Positions 8,546-17,425 of a stretch of 20,000 nt of DNA are shown here, one piece after another. The stretch lies in sequence record DRR723986_4137; one strand, 5' to 3'. Position 1 is the stretch's first letter; every line of letters starts with the position of its first letter. The notes under the pieces are model-generated. The model saw nothing but the letters and a program-made list of their open reading frames with translations. It was not told the DNA's origin and did not search any database. The position numbers were made by a program, and so were the translations under genes.

Positions 8546-8631
8546 ACCGGCAAGTGCCCAGTTGCGCTAAACAGTGAGGCCAGAACAACGGCGGTTCAAC
8601 TGGTCACAATTCCACAGAGGGGAACCGACAA

Positions 8632-9276
8632 TCAACCACTCGACTTCTCTTCATTACGCTGCCAGATGGCCGAAAGTTTGCGAATTGCTGAGTGAACGCG
8701 GCTCTTTACTGTTCCAACAGGGACGTCCAACGCGGTTGCGGCGTCTTTGTAGGACAAGCCTTGCAGGTAAATGAGCTCAATGGCACTCTTGCCTGGCTCT
8801 CCAACCTGATCGACGGCCGCAAGCATTCGCTCGCGGAATTCGGCTTCGACTAAAAGGTCGCCGTCGGGTGCGCGATGATCTGGAATTGATGCTGCTGCCG
8901 AGGCACTGCGGCTTTCGCCCTCGTCATTGGACCAATCTAGGCTCTGATGATTTTGACGTTTGCAACGTCGTTGCAGGTCAATGGCTTGGTTGGTGGCCAC
9001 GCCGTAAAGCCACGGGCGAAACCTTCGCTGCAGATCGAACTGCGAGCCCTTTTGATAGACTCGTAAGAAAGTCAGTTGAAAAGCATCTTCGGCGTGTTCG
9101 TCGTTGCCCAAGTAACGCCGCAGGTAGTTATACAGCTCGTGTCGGTACCGCCGGAGAAGGATTTCAAAACTACCTCGGTCCCCGTTTTCAACGAACGCTC
9201 GCAAAAGCTCTTCGTCGGTACGCAACTCGATCGAGTCTTGATCACAAGGCTTCTGAGAAGTTTGTAGCTGCGACAT
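8632..9276 (-). CDS. RNA polymerase ECF-type sigma-70 factor
   Basis: 214 aa. Region 2 motifs are DEELL, AEDAFQLTFLRVY and FRPWLYGVATNQAIDLQRR. The region 4 motif is LIYLQGLSYKDAATALDVPVGTVKSRVHSAIRKL. Confidence 0.95.
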   Translation of the reverse strand: MSQLQTSQKPCDQDSIELRTDEELLRAFVENGDRGSFEILLRRYRHELYNYLRRYLGNDEHAEDAFQLTFLRVYQKGSQFDLQRRFRPWLYGVATNQAIDLQRRCKRQNHQSLDWSNDEGESRSASAAASIPDHRAPDGDLLVEAEFRERMLAAVDQVGEPGKSAIELIYLQGLSYKDAATALDVPVGTVKSRVHSAIRKLSAIWQRNEEKSSG

Positions 9277-9464
9277 GAATCAACGACTGAGTTTGGAGTT
9301 TCTGCAGATACCCAACACGATGCATTCATTTTAGACGAATGACAGCTCAAATTGCAACAATTGAGAGGCCAATGACACGGTGCCAGACGCGATCTCGCAG
9401 AATTTCTCTCCGGTTAACCGCGTCGGGTCGTGGCTGCCAGTCGCATGTTTCTTGATCTAAGTTG

Positions 9465-12400
9465 TTATGCTGTAACGGGTTGTGGCAACGCGTGTTCCGG
9501 TCGTGGTGCACGGCTACGTGGGAGCAGACAGAACAGGCTGGGCACGAGCGTTAGCGAAATAAGTGTGGCTCCAGTCACTCCGGTGCCAATGGCGATGGCC
9601 AGGGGAGGCCAAAAGCCTCCACCACTGACTACAAGCGGCAGGAAACCAACCACGGTTGTTGCGGTGGTCGCCAGCACGTGACGTGTCACTTCAACGATCG
9701 TTTCGACAGTCTTCTCGCGATCGCCAGTTCGAACGCCCTCTGAGTGTCCGAGGGCCGCGACGACCACGATTGAGTCATTAATGGCGATCCCAATGAGTCC
9801 CATCGTTCCGACAATCGCCATGAAACCAAATGGGTAACCGAAAAGGTAGAGCGAACCGACGCCCAGTCCGATCGCGAGTGTTGCAACGAGCCCGATCATC
9901 GCGGCGAGCCTGAACGAAGCGAGGGCAAGCACCAGGGAGGCGACCATACCGACTAGGAGCACGGCTACGCTGGCAAGCAAACGCCCAACCGCAGCGTCGC
10001 GTTCTGCGGACTCACCGCCGATTTCGATGGAGTAACCAGGCGGGAGATCAGTCAGTCCGGAGTCGGCCAGGCGTGATTCCAGGCCCGTGAGAACTTTGGA
10101 TGGCAGTGTGCCAGCGGTGATGAAGCTCTGGACTTCGTTCATTCGGCGCCCGTTGTAGCGCGTGATGGCTGCCTGCTGCGGCTCAAGTTGAACGGACGCA
10201 AGGGCCGAAACAGGTATAGCGGATGTTTGCACCTGTGGTCCGTTTGTATTCGAGTTCGCCGTCCTGGTTACCAGAATGCTGGAGCTGTTCAGTTGGTCTA
10301 TTCCGGCGATGCGCCCTTCCTTGAGACGGACGCGCACGGGGATTTCTTCGACTTCCTCAACAATGGTCCCGGCCGGTAGGCCTTGAATGGACGCAAATAG
10401 TTGTTCTCCGACAGCTTGTTCTGTTAGGCCTGCCCAAGTCGCCTGTTCACCTTTGATACAGACAGCCGCCACGGGACGCGAGTCGCTCAAAGCGGTGCGG
10501 GCATGCAAAACGTCGGGCACGGTCGTGGCGATCGAACGAATCTTCTCGCCGTACTCTCGCAATCGATCCAAACTAGGCCCGAAAACACGCAGTTCAACCG
10601 GCGCATCGAATGGCGGCCCCTGCTCTAGTTGTCGGACAAGCACGCGTGCCTCCGGACACAATTCGTCCAGCTCGAACTGTAGCTCTTGGATTAGCTCTAG
10701 TGAACTGCGGTTGCTGTCCAGCGTAACGATGGCCTGTCCATAGTTTGGTGCGTTCTTACGCCGAGCGATGATGTTGTAGTAGAACGATGGTGCACTTTCA
10801 CCGAAAAACCAGCTCAACCGCTGTACTCGAGGTTGTTCGGAAAGGGATTCGCTGATCCGCTCGCACACTCGCTGCGTCTGTTCAATCGAGGCGCGTGGTT
10901 CTAGCTCTACTTCGATGTAAAACTGATCCCGATCTGCGGGCGGGAAGAACTGTTCGCGCAGTCCGGTGCTTGCAACAAATCCAAGAATCGGAAGTGTGCA
11001 GCCGGCGGCAATGCCCACGATTGGATACCTGAGCATGAAGTTCAGCCATCGCTTGTAGATGCGAGTGATGAAGGGGACACTGATTCCGCCCCGCAACAGT
11101 CGGCCGAAAAATGACCTCGACGCATGGTGGTCGCTCGATGAACCTTGGAGTAAAGCGGCTGTTGCTGGCAATACCGTCATTGCAAGAAGGAACGAGCTGA
11201 AGATCGCCAGCATGACCGTGATAGCGATCGATCCAACGAATTCACCCGCCGGGCCTTCCATCAATGCGATCGGTGCAAACGCGAGGGCAGTAGTCACCGT
11301 GGAAGCAAGCAGCGGTGCAAACAGTCGCGATACCATATCGATGACGGCCTCTTTCGGCGAAAGTCCCCGGCGGAGGCTGATGTCAATCTCGTCAGCCGCG
11401 ATGATGGCGTTATCGATTAAGAGACCGAGCGCGATGATCAAGCCGGTAATCGACATCTGGTGGATTGGGATGCCCAGGAAGTTCATGCCTCCGACGACCA
11501 TCAGTGCGGCTACCGGAAGCGTGGCCGTTACCAGTAGCGAACTCCGCCAGCCCATGAAGATCAGAGTGACCAATCCGACTGCGGAAACACCCACCAGCAA
11601 GTTGCGCAACAGCTTGGACATTCGCTGTGCAACATAATGCTCCTGTTCCATGATGGTCTCAAGCTCAACGCCTCGCGGGAGCCGCGTTTGGAAGTCACTG
11701 ATAGCTGATTGAGCGTCTTTGGCCCATAGATCGATTCGATATTTGGGTCTGAGCATTACGGCAACAACCACGCTTGTCTTGCCGTCGACGAGTGCCTTCC
11801 TTGGAACTGGATTGGGCGGTCCACGCGTCACGTTTGCGATGTTACCCAGCGAGAGCGTTGTGCCTGTTCCATCGCTGGAAATGGTTGACGAAAGGATGTC
11901 ACTGACCGAATCAAACTGGTTGCTGATCTCCACGACGGTTTCAGAGTGCTCGCCGCGGAGTACCCCCGCCGAATTCTTTACGTCGGAACGAGCCAGTTGC
12001 TGGGCTATCTGTCCGACCGACAGGCCTGCTGTGGTCGCTTGATCGGCGTCGATTTCGACGATAATCTCTTCACCAGGATCTCCAAACAGATCGATGCTCT
12101 TCGTGCCGCCCAGGGCCATTAGCTGATCTTTGAGTTCTTTGGCAAGTCGCCGCAAGACGCCCGTTGAAACTGGTTGTTCGTGCGACCAGGTCAGCGCACC
12201 AATCCAGGCGTAGGCAGCAATATCGGGCTGATCGAAGACGGGCCTTGAGGCACCTTCGGGCAGTGAGCTAATGGAATCTTCGAGTTTGCCGCGTATCGTC
12301 GACCAGACTGGTTCGGTGTCATAGACGTCGTCGCGAAGTTCAATAGATATAAACGAAGCTCCAGCGCTGGAATTCGAGCGCATTCTCTTGATCTCAGGAA

Positions 12401-12695
12401 CATCGATCAGTTCGTCTTCGATCTTTTCAGTGACAAGAGCTTCCACTCGCTGTGCATCTGCACCAGGGTAAATAGTGGTGATGTTGCATGCCCGCTGCGT
12501 GAGCAGTGGATCTTCCATGCGAGGTAGGACGAGTAAGGAGCTCGTGCCCGAAGCTATCGCCAGCAGCACCGTTAGAATGATCAGTCGGCGATCTTCAAAA
12601 AATCTGCCGGCCAGACGCCCCGCAGTGTGCTGCGCTGCGGAAGAAGTAGTTGCAGAGGAAGACGTTGCACTGGAGGGATCTGCCGGCGAGGTCAT
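9465..12695 (-). CDS. RND efflux transporter permease subunit (AcrB/AcrD/AcrF family)
   Basis: About 1076 aa with LPRMEDP, YPGADAQRVEALVTEKIE, GLLIDNAII, FFPPADRDQF, GGFWPPLAIAI and a two-lobe 12-TM layout. ATG 12695 (MTSPAD...) is preferred over TTG 12761. Confidence 0.93.
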   Translation of the reverse strand: MTSPADPSSATSSSATTSSAAQHTAGRLAGRFFEDRRLIILTVLLAIASGTSSLLVLPRMEDPLLTQRACNITTIYPGADAQRVEALVTEKIEDELIDVPEIKRMRSNSSAGASFISIELRDDVYDTEPVWSTIRGKLEDSISSLPEGASRPVFDQPDIAAYAWIGALTWSHEQPVSTGVLRRLAKELKDQLMALGGTKSIDLFGDPGEEIIVEIDADQATTAGLSVGQIAQQLARSDVKNSAGVLRGEHSETVVEISNQFDSVSDILSSTISSDGTGTTLSLGNIANVTRGPPNPVPRKALVDGKTSVVVAVMLRPKYRIDLWAKDAQSAISDFQTRLPRGVELETIMEQEHYVAQRMSKLLRNLLVGVSAVGLVTLIFMGWRSSLLVTATLPVAALMVVGGMNFLGIPIHQMSITGLIIALGLLIDNAIIAADEIDISLRRGLSPKEAVIDMVSRLFAPLLASTVTTALAFAPIALMEGPAGEFVGSIAITVMLAIFSSFLLAMTVLPATAALLQGSSSDHHASRSFFGRLLRGGISVPFITRIYKRWLNFMLRYPIVGIAAGCTLPILGFVASTGLREQFFPPADRDQFYIEVELEPRASIEQTQRVCERISESLSEQPRVQRLSWFFGESAPSFYYNIIARRKNAPNYGQAIVTLDSNRSSLELIQELQFELDELCPEARVLVRQLEQGPPFDAPVELRVFGPSLDRLREYGEKIRSIATTVPDVLHARTALSDSRPVAAVCIKGEQATWAGLTEQAVGEQLFASIQGLPAGTIVEEVEEIPVRVRLKEGRIAGIDQLNSSSILVTRTANSNTNGPQVQTSAIPVSALASVQLEPQQAAITRYNGRRMNEVQSFITAGTLPSKVLTGLESRLADSGLTDLPPGYSIEIGGESAERDAAVGRLLASVAVLLVGMVASLVLALASFRLAAMIGLVATLAIGLGVGSLYLFGYPFGFMAIVGTMGLIGIAINDSIVVVAALGHSEGVRTGDREKTVETIVEVTRHVLATTATTVVGFLPLVVSGGGFWPPLAIAIGTGVTGATLISLTLVPSLFCLLPRSRAPRPEHALPQPVTA

Positions 12696-12820
12696 TGGTT
12701 GTTTCCAGGTCGTTGATTCATGTTTGCTTCGACTCGAGCGATCATTGCCACAGGCCGCCAACTAAGGTGCCATTGCGAGGCTTTGCTATCGATCACGAAG
12801 CGGTGTTATTGGTCGCGAAA

Positions 12821-14221
12821 CTACTGATCGGCTACGACACAGCGAACACGCTGTCCGGGTACGATACGGTGGGCTCCGGAAGCAACGATTAGATCGCCTT
12901 CAGAAATAGGCCCCTGTACTTCAGACCAGAGCTCGCCAGCTTGCAAAACACGTTCGACTTGGCGGCGTTCAATCGTATGCAAACTACTCTGCCCCTCTGG
13001 CGATTCAGCAGCGTCCGGAGCGGCGACGTATATGGCCCATAGGCCCCGAGATCCCTCGGTCAGCGCGGAGGTTGGGACCCAGAATCCTTGCGACTGCCGA
13101 ACATGCCGCGATTGAATCGTCACGGCCCCGCCAAGCGGAACTTGTTGGCTACTTTCCTCGTTAAGATCGAGGATCACCTCGCGCGTTTGGGTTGCTTCGT
13201 TCAGTGCTGGGGCTATCCTCGCCAGCTTTGCCTCAAGGCGGTTTTCACCGTGGTGAACCTCGATGTTAACATCGTCGAAGCAGTTGACTTCGCTGGCGGG
13301 TAAGGCTGCACGGATCTCGTACGGTGCCGATTCAACGATTTGAAGAATTTGTTGGCCAGGGGCAACGATGGTGCCCTCATCGATGAATCGGGACTGGATG
13401 CGACCGTTGAAGGGTGCCAAGATTTGCCGTTCGCGAAGATCTGCTTGCAGTACGCGAAGCTGGGCCGAAAGGCTAGAAACCGTTGCTCGCGATGCAGCAA
13501 TCTTCTCAGACCGCGAACCCTCTTGGAGTTTGTCGAGTTCTTGCTGCGCGGCCGCTAGCTGGGCTCGAATGGCATCCAGTGAAAACTTTGCTTCGTCAAA
13601 TTCTTGCTGTGAGACGGACCCCGATTGAAATAGGCGTTCTGTTCTGCCGAAACTTGCGACCCGCAGGGAAAGACTTGCCTTGATTTCTTCGACACGCGAG
13701 ATGGCGCTTTGAATGTCTTGCGTCCGAGGGCCCTGAACGAGTTCGTCGAGTCGTGCCTCGGCAGCCGCGAGTGCAGCCTGGGAGGCATCGATTTGTGCCT
13801 TCACCTGCACTTCGTCGAGACTGGCCAAGCGTTGTCCAGCCTTCACTTCGTCACCGGTATCAACCACGATCGATTCAAGTCGACCGCCAACTTTGGCTGC
13901 CAAGATACTTGCACGACGTGGCTGAACCGTACCAGTGTAGGTCTGCACCAGCTCCGCAGGCGGACGCCGCGTTACGGGTGTGACCTCGACGTTCAGCAAG
14001 CGGACTTGCGTATCGCCTTCACCCGCAACGGGGCCCGCCGTATCTCCGGCTTTCTCTTCGCCACCGATTCCGTAGGCTTGCAGGTAAATAGCAGTTCCGG
14101 CGATAGCGCCGACTGCGACTACCAACCCTGCAATTGCTCGCGGCGTCAGAAAATGACGGGTCGTCAAAAAGCGTTCAAAAAAAGACGGCCGAAGTTGGCC
14201 GCTCGATGCTGACTTAGGCAC
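12821..14221 (-). CDS. RND efflux periplasmic adaptor (membrane fusion protein)
   Basis: It has an N-terminal TM anchor, lipoyl half motifs (KVGGRLESIVVDTGDEVKAGQRLASLD; ILAPFNGRIQSRFIDEGTIVAPGQ), a long coiled-coil hairpin and a C-terminal GDLIVASGAHRIVPGQRV. GTG 14221 overlaps the TetR stop and has AAGGA upstream. ATG 14248 is the alternative start. Confidence 0.9.
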   Translation of the reverse strand: MPKSASSGQLRPSFFERFLTTRHFLTPRAIAGLVVAVGAIAGTAIYLQAYGIGGEEKAGDTAGPVAGEGDTQVRLLNVEVTPVTRRPPAELVQTYTGTVQPRRASILAAKVGGRLESIVVDTGDEVKAGQRLASLDEVQVKAQIDASQAALAAAEARLDELVQGPRTQDIQSAISRVEEIKASLSLRVASFGRTERLFQSGSVSQQEFDEAKFSLDAIRAQLAAAQQELDKLQEGSRSEKIAASRATVSSLSAQLRVLQADLRERQILAPFNGRIQSRFIDEGTIVAPGQQILQIVESAPYEIRAALPASEVNCFDDVNIEVHHGENRLEAKLARIAPALNEATQTREVILDLNEESSQQVPLGGAVTIQSRHVRQSQGFWVPTSALTEGSRGLWAIYVAAPDAAESPEGQSSLHTIERRQVERVLQAGELWSEVQGPISEGDLIVASGAHRIVPGQRVRCVVADQ

Positions 14222-14921
14222 TTTGCATGATCCTTTCAGCGTACTCATTCATAAGACGCTGCGTTTCTTCAAAACTTACACTTGGTGTCCAATTATACCC
14301 ATTCATCAAGGTCCAGCCGTGGAATCGGATGCTCTGTTGAGCATTGGCGATGCCGATTTCGGCCAGGCCAGAAGAATGCGCCAGGACATGGCTACCAAAC
14401 GTTAACGACCAGAAGCCAAAGACAAACTCTTCGGCGGACAGTCCCTGAGGCAATTCGAGATTGCCCGTTGCAACGGCGTCGCGAACGACGCCAGCGACGA
14501 TGCTCATGCACCGATACTCGCAATTCTTGATTAGCTCCTGGCGTTTCGGCGACGATTTATTCCAAATCACCGCGTCGCGGAGCATTAATTCCATCGCGAA
14601 ATGTTCGTTCCGCTGCGTCGCGTACAGTTCGCAAGCAGCTCCAATCGCCATCATTTTCATTCGAGGTTCAGCAGCCATTACGCTGGCTGAATCCATCATC
14701 TGGCGTCGTATTTCCAAGGATTCGACGGCCAGTGCAGCGACAATCTCTTCTTTGTTTGGGAAGTGGTTGTAGAGCGTTCCCTTGGCATATTCCATTTCCG
14801 CAGCGAGTCGGTCCATGGAAAGAGCCTGAAAGCCCTCTTCACAGAGAATGCCCCGTGATCGCGCGAGCACTTGCTGCTCTCGCTGGTGGATTTCGCGTTG
14901 TTTTCGTGTTAGAGCACCCAT
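14214..14921 (-). CDS. TetR/AcrR family transcriptional regulator
   Basis: N-terminal HTH EEGFQALSMDRLAAEMEYAKGTLYNHFPNKEEI. It is the first gene of the efflux operon. Confidence 0.95.
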   Translation of the reverse strand: MGALTRKQREIHQREQQVLARSRGILCEEGFQALSMDRLAAEMEYAKGTLYNHFPNKEEIVAALAVESLEIRRQMMDSASVMAAEPRMKMMAIGAACELYATQRNEHFAMELMLRDAVIWNKSSPKRQELIKNCEYRCMSIVAGVVRDAVATGNLELPQGLSAEEFVFGFWSLTFGSHVLAHSSGLAEIGIANAQQSIRFHGWTLMNGYNWTPSVSFEETQRLMNEYAERIMQSA

Positions 14922-14927
14922 GTCTTC

Positions 14928-14955
14928 ATTCTTGACGTTTCGTCAGAAAAAGCAA
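14928..14955 (-). promoter_or_regulatory. Putative sigma70 promoter with embedded TetR operator palindrome
   Basis: The minus strand reads TTGCTT-N16-AAGAAT-N6-ATG(14921). The inverted repeat TGACG-ttt-CGTCA (14933-14945) lies in the spacer and touches the -10 box. Confidence 0.5.
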
Positions 14956-15142
14956 GTTTGATCTAGCAAAGTTTGCGGGATTTGCGATTTGGCCTGAAAA
15001 GTGGCGCAGCGAACGCGAGGCCGGACGCAGTGCCGCGGCCGGCACAATCGCAACGATTCTCCACGCAAAATGTCTCCGCGCGAAAGGTCTTCCGGCGCGA
15101 ATGGGCGAAAGGGGCGATTGGTATTTAGTCCGATCGTTCGGA

Positions 15143-15190
15143 CTTGGCTGCAATCTTGCTCGGCTGCAATCTTGCTTGGCTGCAATCTTG
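15143..15190. repeat. 3 x 16-bp tandem repeat CT(T/C)GGCTGCAATCTTG
   Basis: Copies at 15143-15158, 15159-15174 and 15175-15190, with one mismatch in total and no spacers. Confidence 0.9.
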
Positions 15191-15331
15191 GGTCTCATGC
15201 CGTGCTCGTTTCACCCCTGCCCTGCCGTGTCCTGCTATGATCCGCGGAAAATGGTTCAACTCTCAAGGTGACAATGCCTTACCGGCCACCTTGGCAGAAT
15301 ATGTGTGCTCGACGGGGTGGTGAAAAATCTC

Positions 15332-16924
15332 ATGCGAAGACTGTTCGTAGCGGCTTTGGTCGTTTTGGTGCTATTGAGTGTTGTCGCGGCCTTCTTGATG
15401 CCGTGGGTTCTCTGGGCTTGGGTAGTAGTCGGGCCACTCGTCGCGCTTGGGCTCTACGACTACTTCCAGGTAAAGCACTCGATCCCCCGCAATTTTCCGC
15501 TGCTGGGCCGAATGAGATATTTGATGGAGTTTATTCGGCCAGAGATCTACCAGTACTTTATCGAGAGCGACACGGAAGGCGTTCCTTTTGACCGTGATCA
15601 GCGTAGCCTGGTGTATCAGCGTGCAAAGGATGTCCGCGACACGGTTCCATTTGGAACCAAAGAGGATGTCTATGACACGGGTTATCAGTGGGTAAATCAC
15701 TCAATGGCGCCTAAAGAGTTGCACATTGATGATATGCGAGTCGATATTGGAGGGCCGGATTGCTCGCAGCCGTATAGTTGCAGCTTGTTGAATATATCGG
15801 CGATGAGCTACGGAAGTCTCAGCAAGAACGCCGTGCTAGCGCTCAGCAGTGGAGCTCGGAAGGGCAAGTTTGCACACAACACTGGTGAGGGCGGAATTAG
15901 CCCATATCATCTTGAGGGTGGAGGCGATCTGATCTGGCAAATTGGGACCGGTTATTTTGGTTGCCGATTGGAAAACGGACGCTTTTCAGAAGACCTGTTT
16001 CAGGATGCGGCGACGAAGGCAAACGTCAAAATGATCGAGCTCAAGTTGTCTCAGGGCGCGAAACCCGGGCACGGCGGTATTCTGCCTGCAGCCAAGGTTA
16101 CGCCGGAGATCGCCGCAATTCGACATGTGCCCATGGGAAAAGACGTTTTGTCACCGCCGGGGCATCGCGAGTTTTCGACCCCCATCGAATTGATGCAGTT
16201 CATCGATAAGCTCCGTCAGCTTTGCGGAGGTAAGCCGACAGGATTCAAGTTGTGCGTTGGGAAGCGACGCGAATTTCTAGCCGTTTGCAAGGCGATGGTT
16301 GAAACCGGCATAACGCCTGATTTCATCGCCGTAGACGGAGGCGAAGGTGGAACAGGAGCCGCCCCTTTGGAGTTCTCGAATCATATCGGTGCACCGCTCC
16401 ACGAGGGGCTTATCTTTGTCCATAACGCTCTGGTTGGTTATGGTCTTCGCGACAAAGTAAAACTGATCGCAAGCGGCAAGGTCTCCAGCGGCTTTGCGAT
16501 GCTGCGGATGATCGGGCTCGGAGCAGATGCGTGCTATGCGGCCCGCAGTATGATGATCGCTCTCGGATGCATCCAGGCGCTCAAATGCAACAGCAACCAC
16601 TGCCCAGTTGGTGTGGCAACCCAGGACAAGAGCTTGATGGCTGGCTTGGTGCCGAGCGACAAGAGCGTACGCGTCGCCAGTTTTCACCGCGAAACGATTA
16701 AGAGCTTCAGCGAAATGTTGGGAGCGATCGGTTTGCAGCGGGCGGATGAATTGCGGCCATGGCACGTGATGCACCGCATTTCACCCACCGAGACGCGGCA
16801 CTATGGCGAGCTGTATGACTATTTGGACGATGGCGCGCTGCTCGATGAAAGCAATCTGCCCGAGCACTATCGTCGTGCCGTGTTGGCTGCATCGCCAGAA
16901 ACGTTCGGCCATGTTGGTGCGTAG
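15332..16924 (+). CDS. FMN-binding glutamate synthase family protein (stand-alone, N-terminal membrane anchor)
   Basis: It has the motifs NISAMSYGSLS, HNTGEGG, ELKLSQGAKPGHGG, VDGGEGGTGAAP and CIQALKCNSNHCPVG (CX5CX4C, 3Fe-4S type), plus two N-terminal hydrophobic helices. ATG 15332 is preferred and GTG 15305 is the alternative. Confidence 0.92.
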   Translation: MRRLFVAALVVLVLLSVVAAFLMPWVLWAWVVVGPLVALGLYDYFQVKHSIPRNFPLLGRMRYLMEFIRPEIYQYFIESDTEGVPFDRDQRSLVYQRAKDVRDTVPFGTKEDVYDTGYQWVNHSMAPKELHIDDMRVDIGGPDCSQPYSCSLLNISAMSYGSLSKNAVLALSSGARKGKFAHNTGEGGISPYHLEGGGDLIWQIGTGYFGCRLENGRFSEDLFQDAATKANVKMIELKLSQGAKPGHGGILPAAKVTPEIAAIRHVPMGKDVLSPPGHREFSTPIELMQFIDKLRQLCGGKPTGFKLCVGKRREFLAVCKAMVETGITPDFIAVDGGEGGTGAAPLEFSNHIGAPLHEGLIFVHNALVGYGLRDKVKLIASGKVSSGFAMLRMIGLGADACYAARSMMIALGCIQALKCNSNHCPVGVATQDKSLMAGLVPSDKSVRVASFHRETIKSFSEMLGAIGLQRADELRPWHVMHRISPTETRHYGELYDYLDDGALLDESNLPEHYRRAVLAASPETFGHVGA

Positions 16925-16963
16925 GCCGCAGGGTGTCGGCCCTTCGGTGTCAGCCGTGCGGTG

Positions 16964-17425
16964 CTAGGCGATTTCGAAGATTCCTTCGATTTCCACAGCG
17001 ATGCCTGTCGGCAGAGCGTTGGTGCCGAGGGCGCTGCGTGCGGCAATTCCCGCTTCTGGACCGAAAACGTCGGCGAACAGTTGGCTGCACCCGTTGATGA
17101 CCTTGGGTTGGTCGCCGAAGTCGTCGGTACTTCTGACTAAGCCCAAAAGCTTGACAACTCGCTTGACTCGGTCCAGTGTTCCCAGCGAAACCTGAAGCGT
17201 CGCGAGCATGGCGAGGCCTGTTTGGCGTGCCGCTTGAAAACCGGCGTCGACATCCATGTCATCACCTAACCGGCCTGTCGTCAGAGTGCCGTCGCTGTGC
17301 AGGGGGCCGTGACCGGACAAATAGGCGAGATTGCCAACGACGACCATTGGCTTGTACAGTCCGACTGGTTTGGGGGCAGGCGGCAATTCGATGCCCAGGT
17401 TTCTCAAGCGGTCTTCGGCGGACAT
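16964..17425 (-). CDS. RidA/YjgF/YER057c/UK114 family protein
   Basis: 153 aa with LGIELPPAPKPVGLY, YLSGHGP, QPKVINGCS, ARSALG (conserved Arg) and LPTGIAVEIE. Confidence 0.92.
   Translation of the reverse strand: MSAEDRLRNLGIELPPAPKPVGLYKPMVVVGNLAYLSGHGPLHSDGTLTTGRLGDDMDVDAGFQAARQTGLAMLATLQVSLGTLDRVKRVVKLLGLVRSTDDFGDQPKVINGCSQLFADVFGPEAGIAARSALGTNALPTGIAVEIEGIFEIA

Noticed and set aside
11059-11637. 192-aa antisense ORF (and similar antisense ORFs elsewhere, e.g. 13709..14212 and 18760..19311)
   Set aside because: These lie opposite well-supported genes and are explained by codon bias on the coding strand.
12638-12677. Degenerate 15-bp repeat encoding SSATSSSATTSS at the RND N-terminus
   Set aside because: It is an ordinary low-complexity disordered tail.
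12696-12761. Longer TTG-started N-terminus for the RND permease
   Set aside because: ATG 12695 with a purine-rich upstream sequence is more plausible, and the extension has no features.
15143-15190. Tandem repeat as a possible CRISPR array
   Set aside because: The units are only 16 bp, there are no spacers, and no cas genes are in the window.
16926-16961. Possible terminator between the convergent glutamate synthase family and RidA genes
   Set aside because: Only the outer CCGCA/TGCGG pairs well. The interior is a short direct repeat (GGTGTCRGCC) and there is no U tract.
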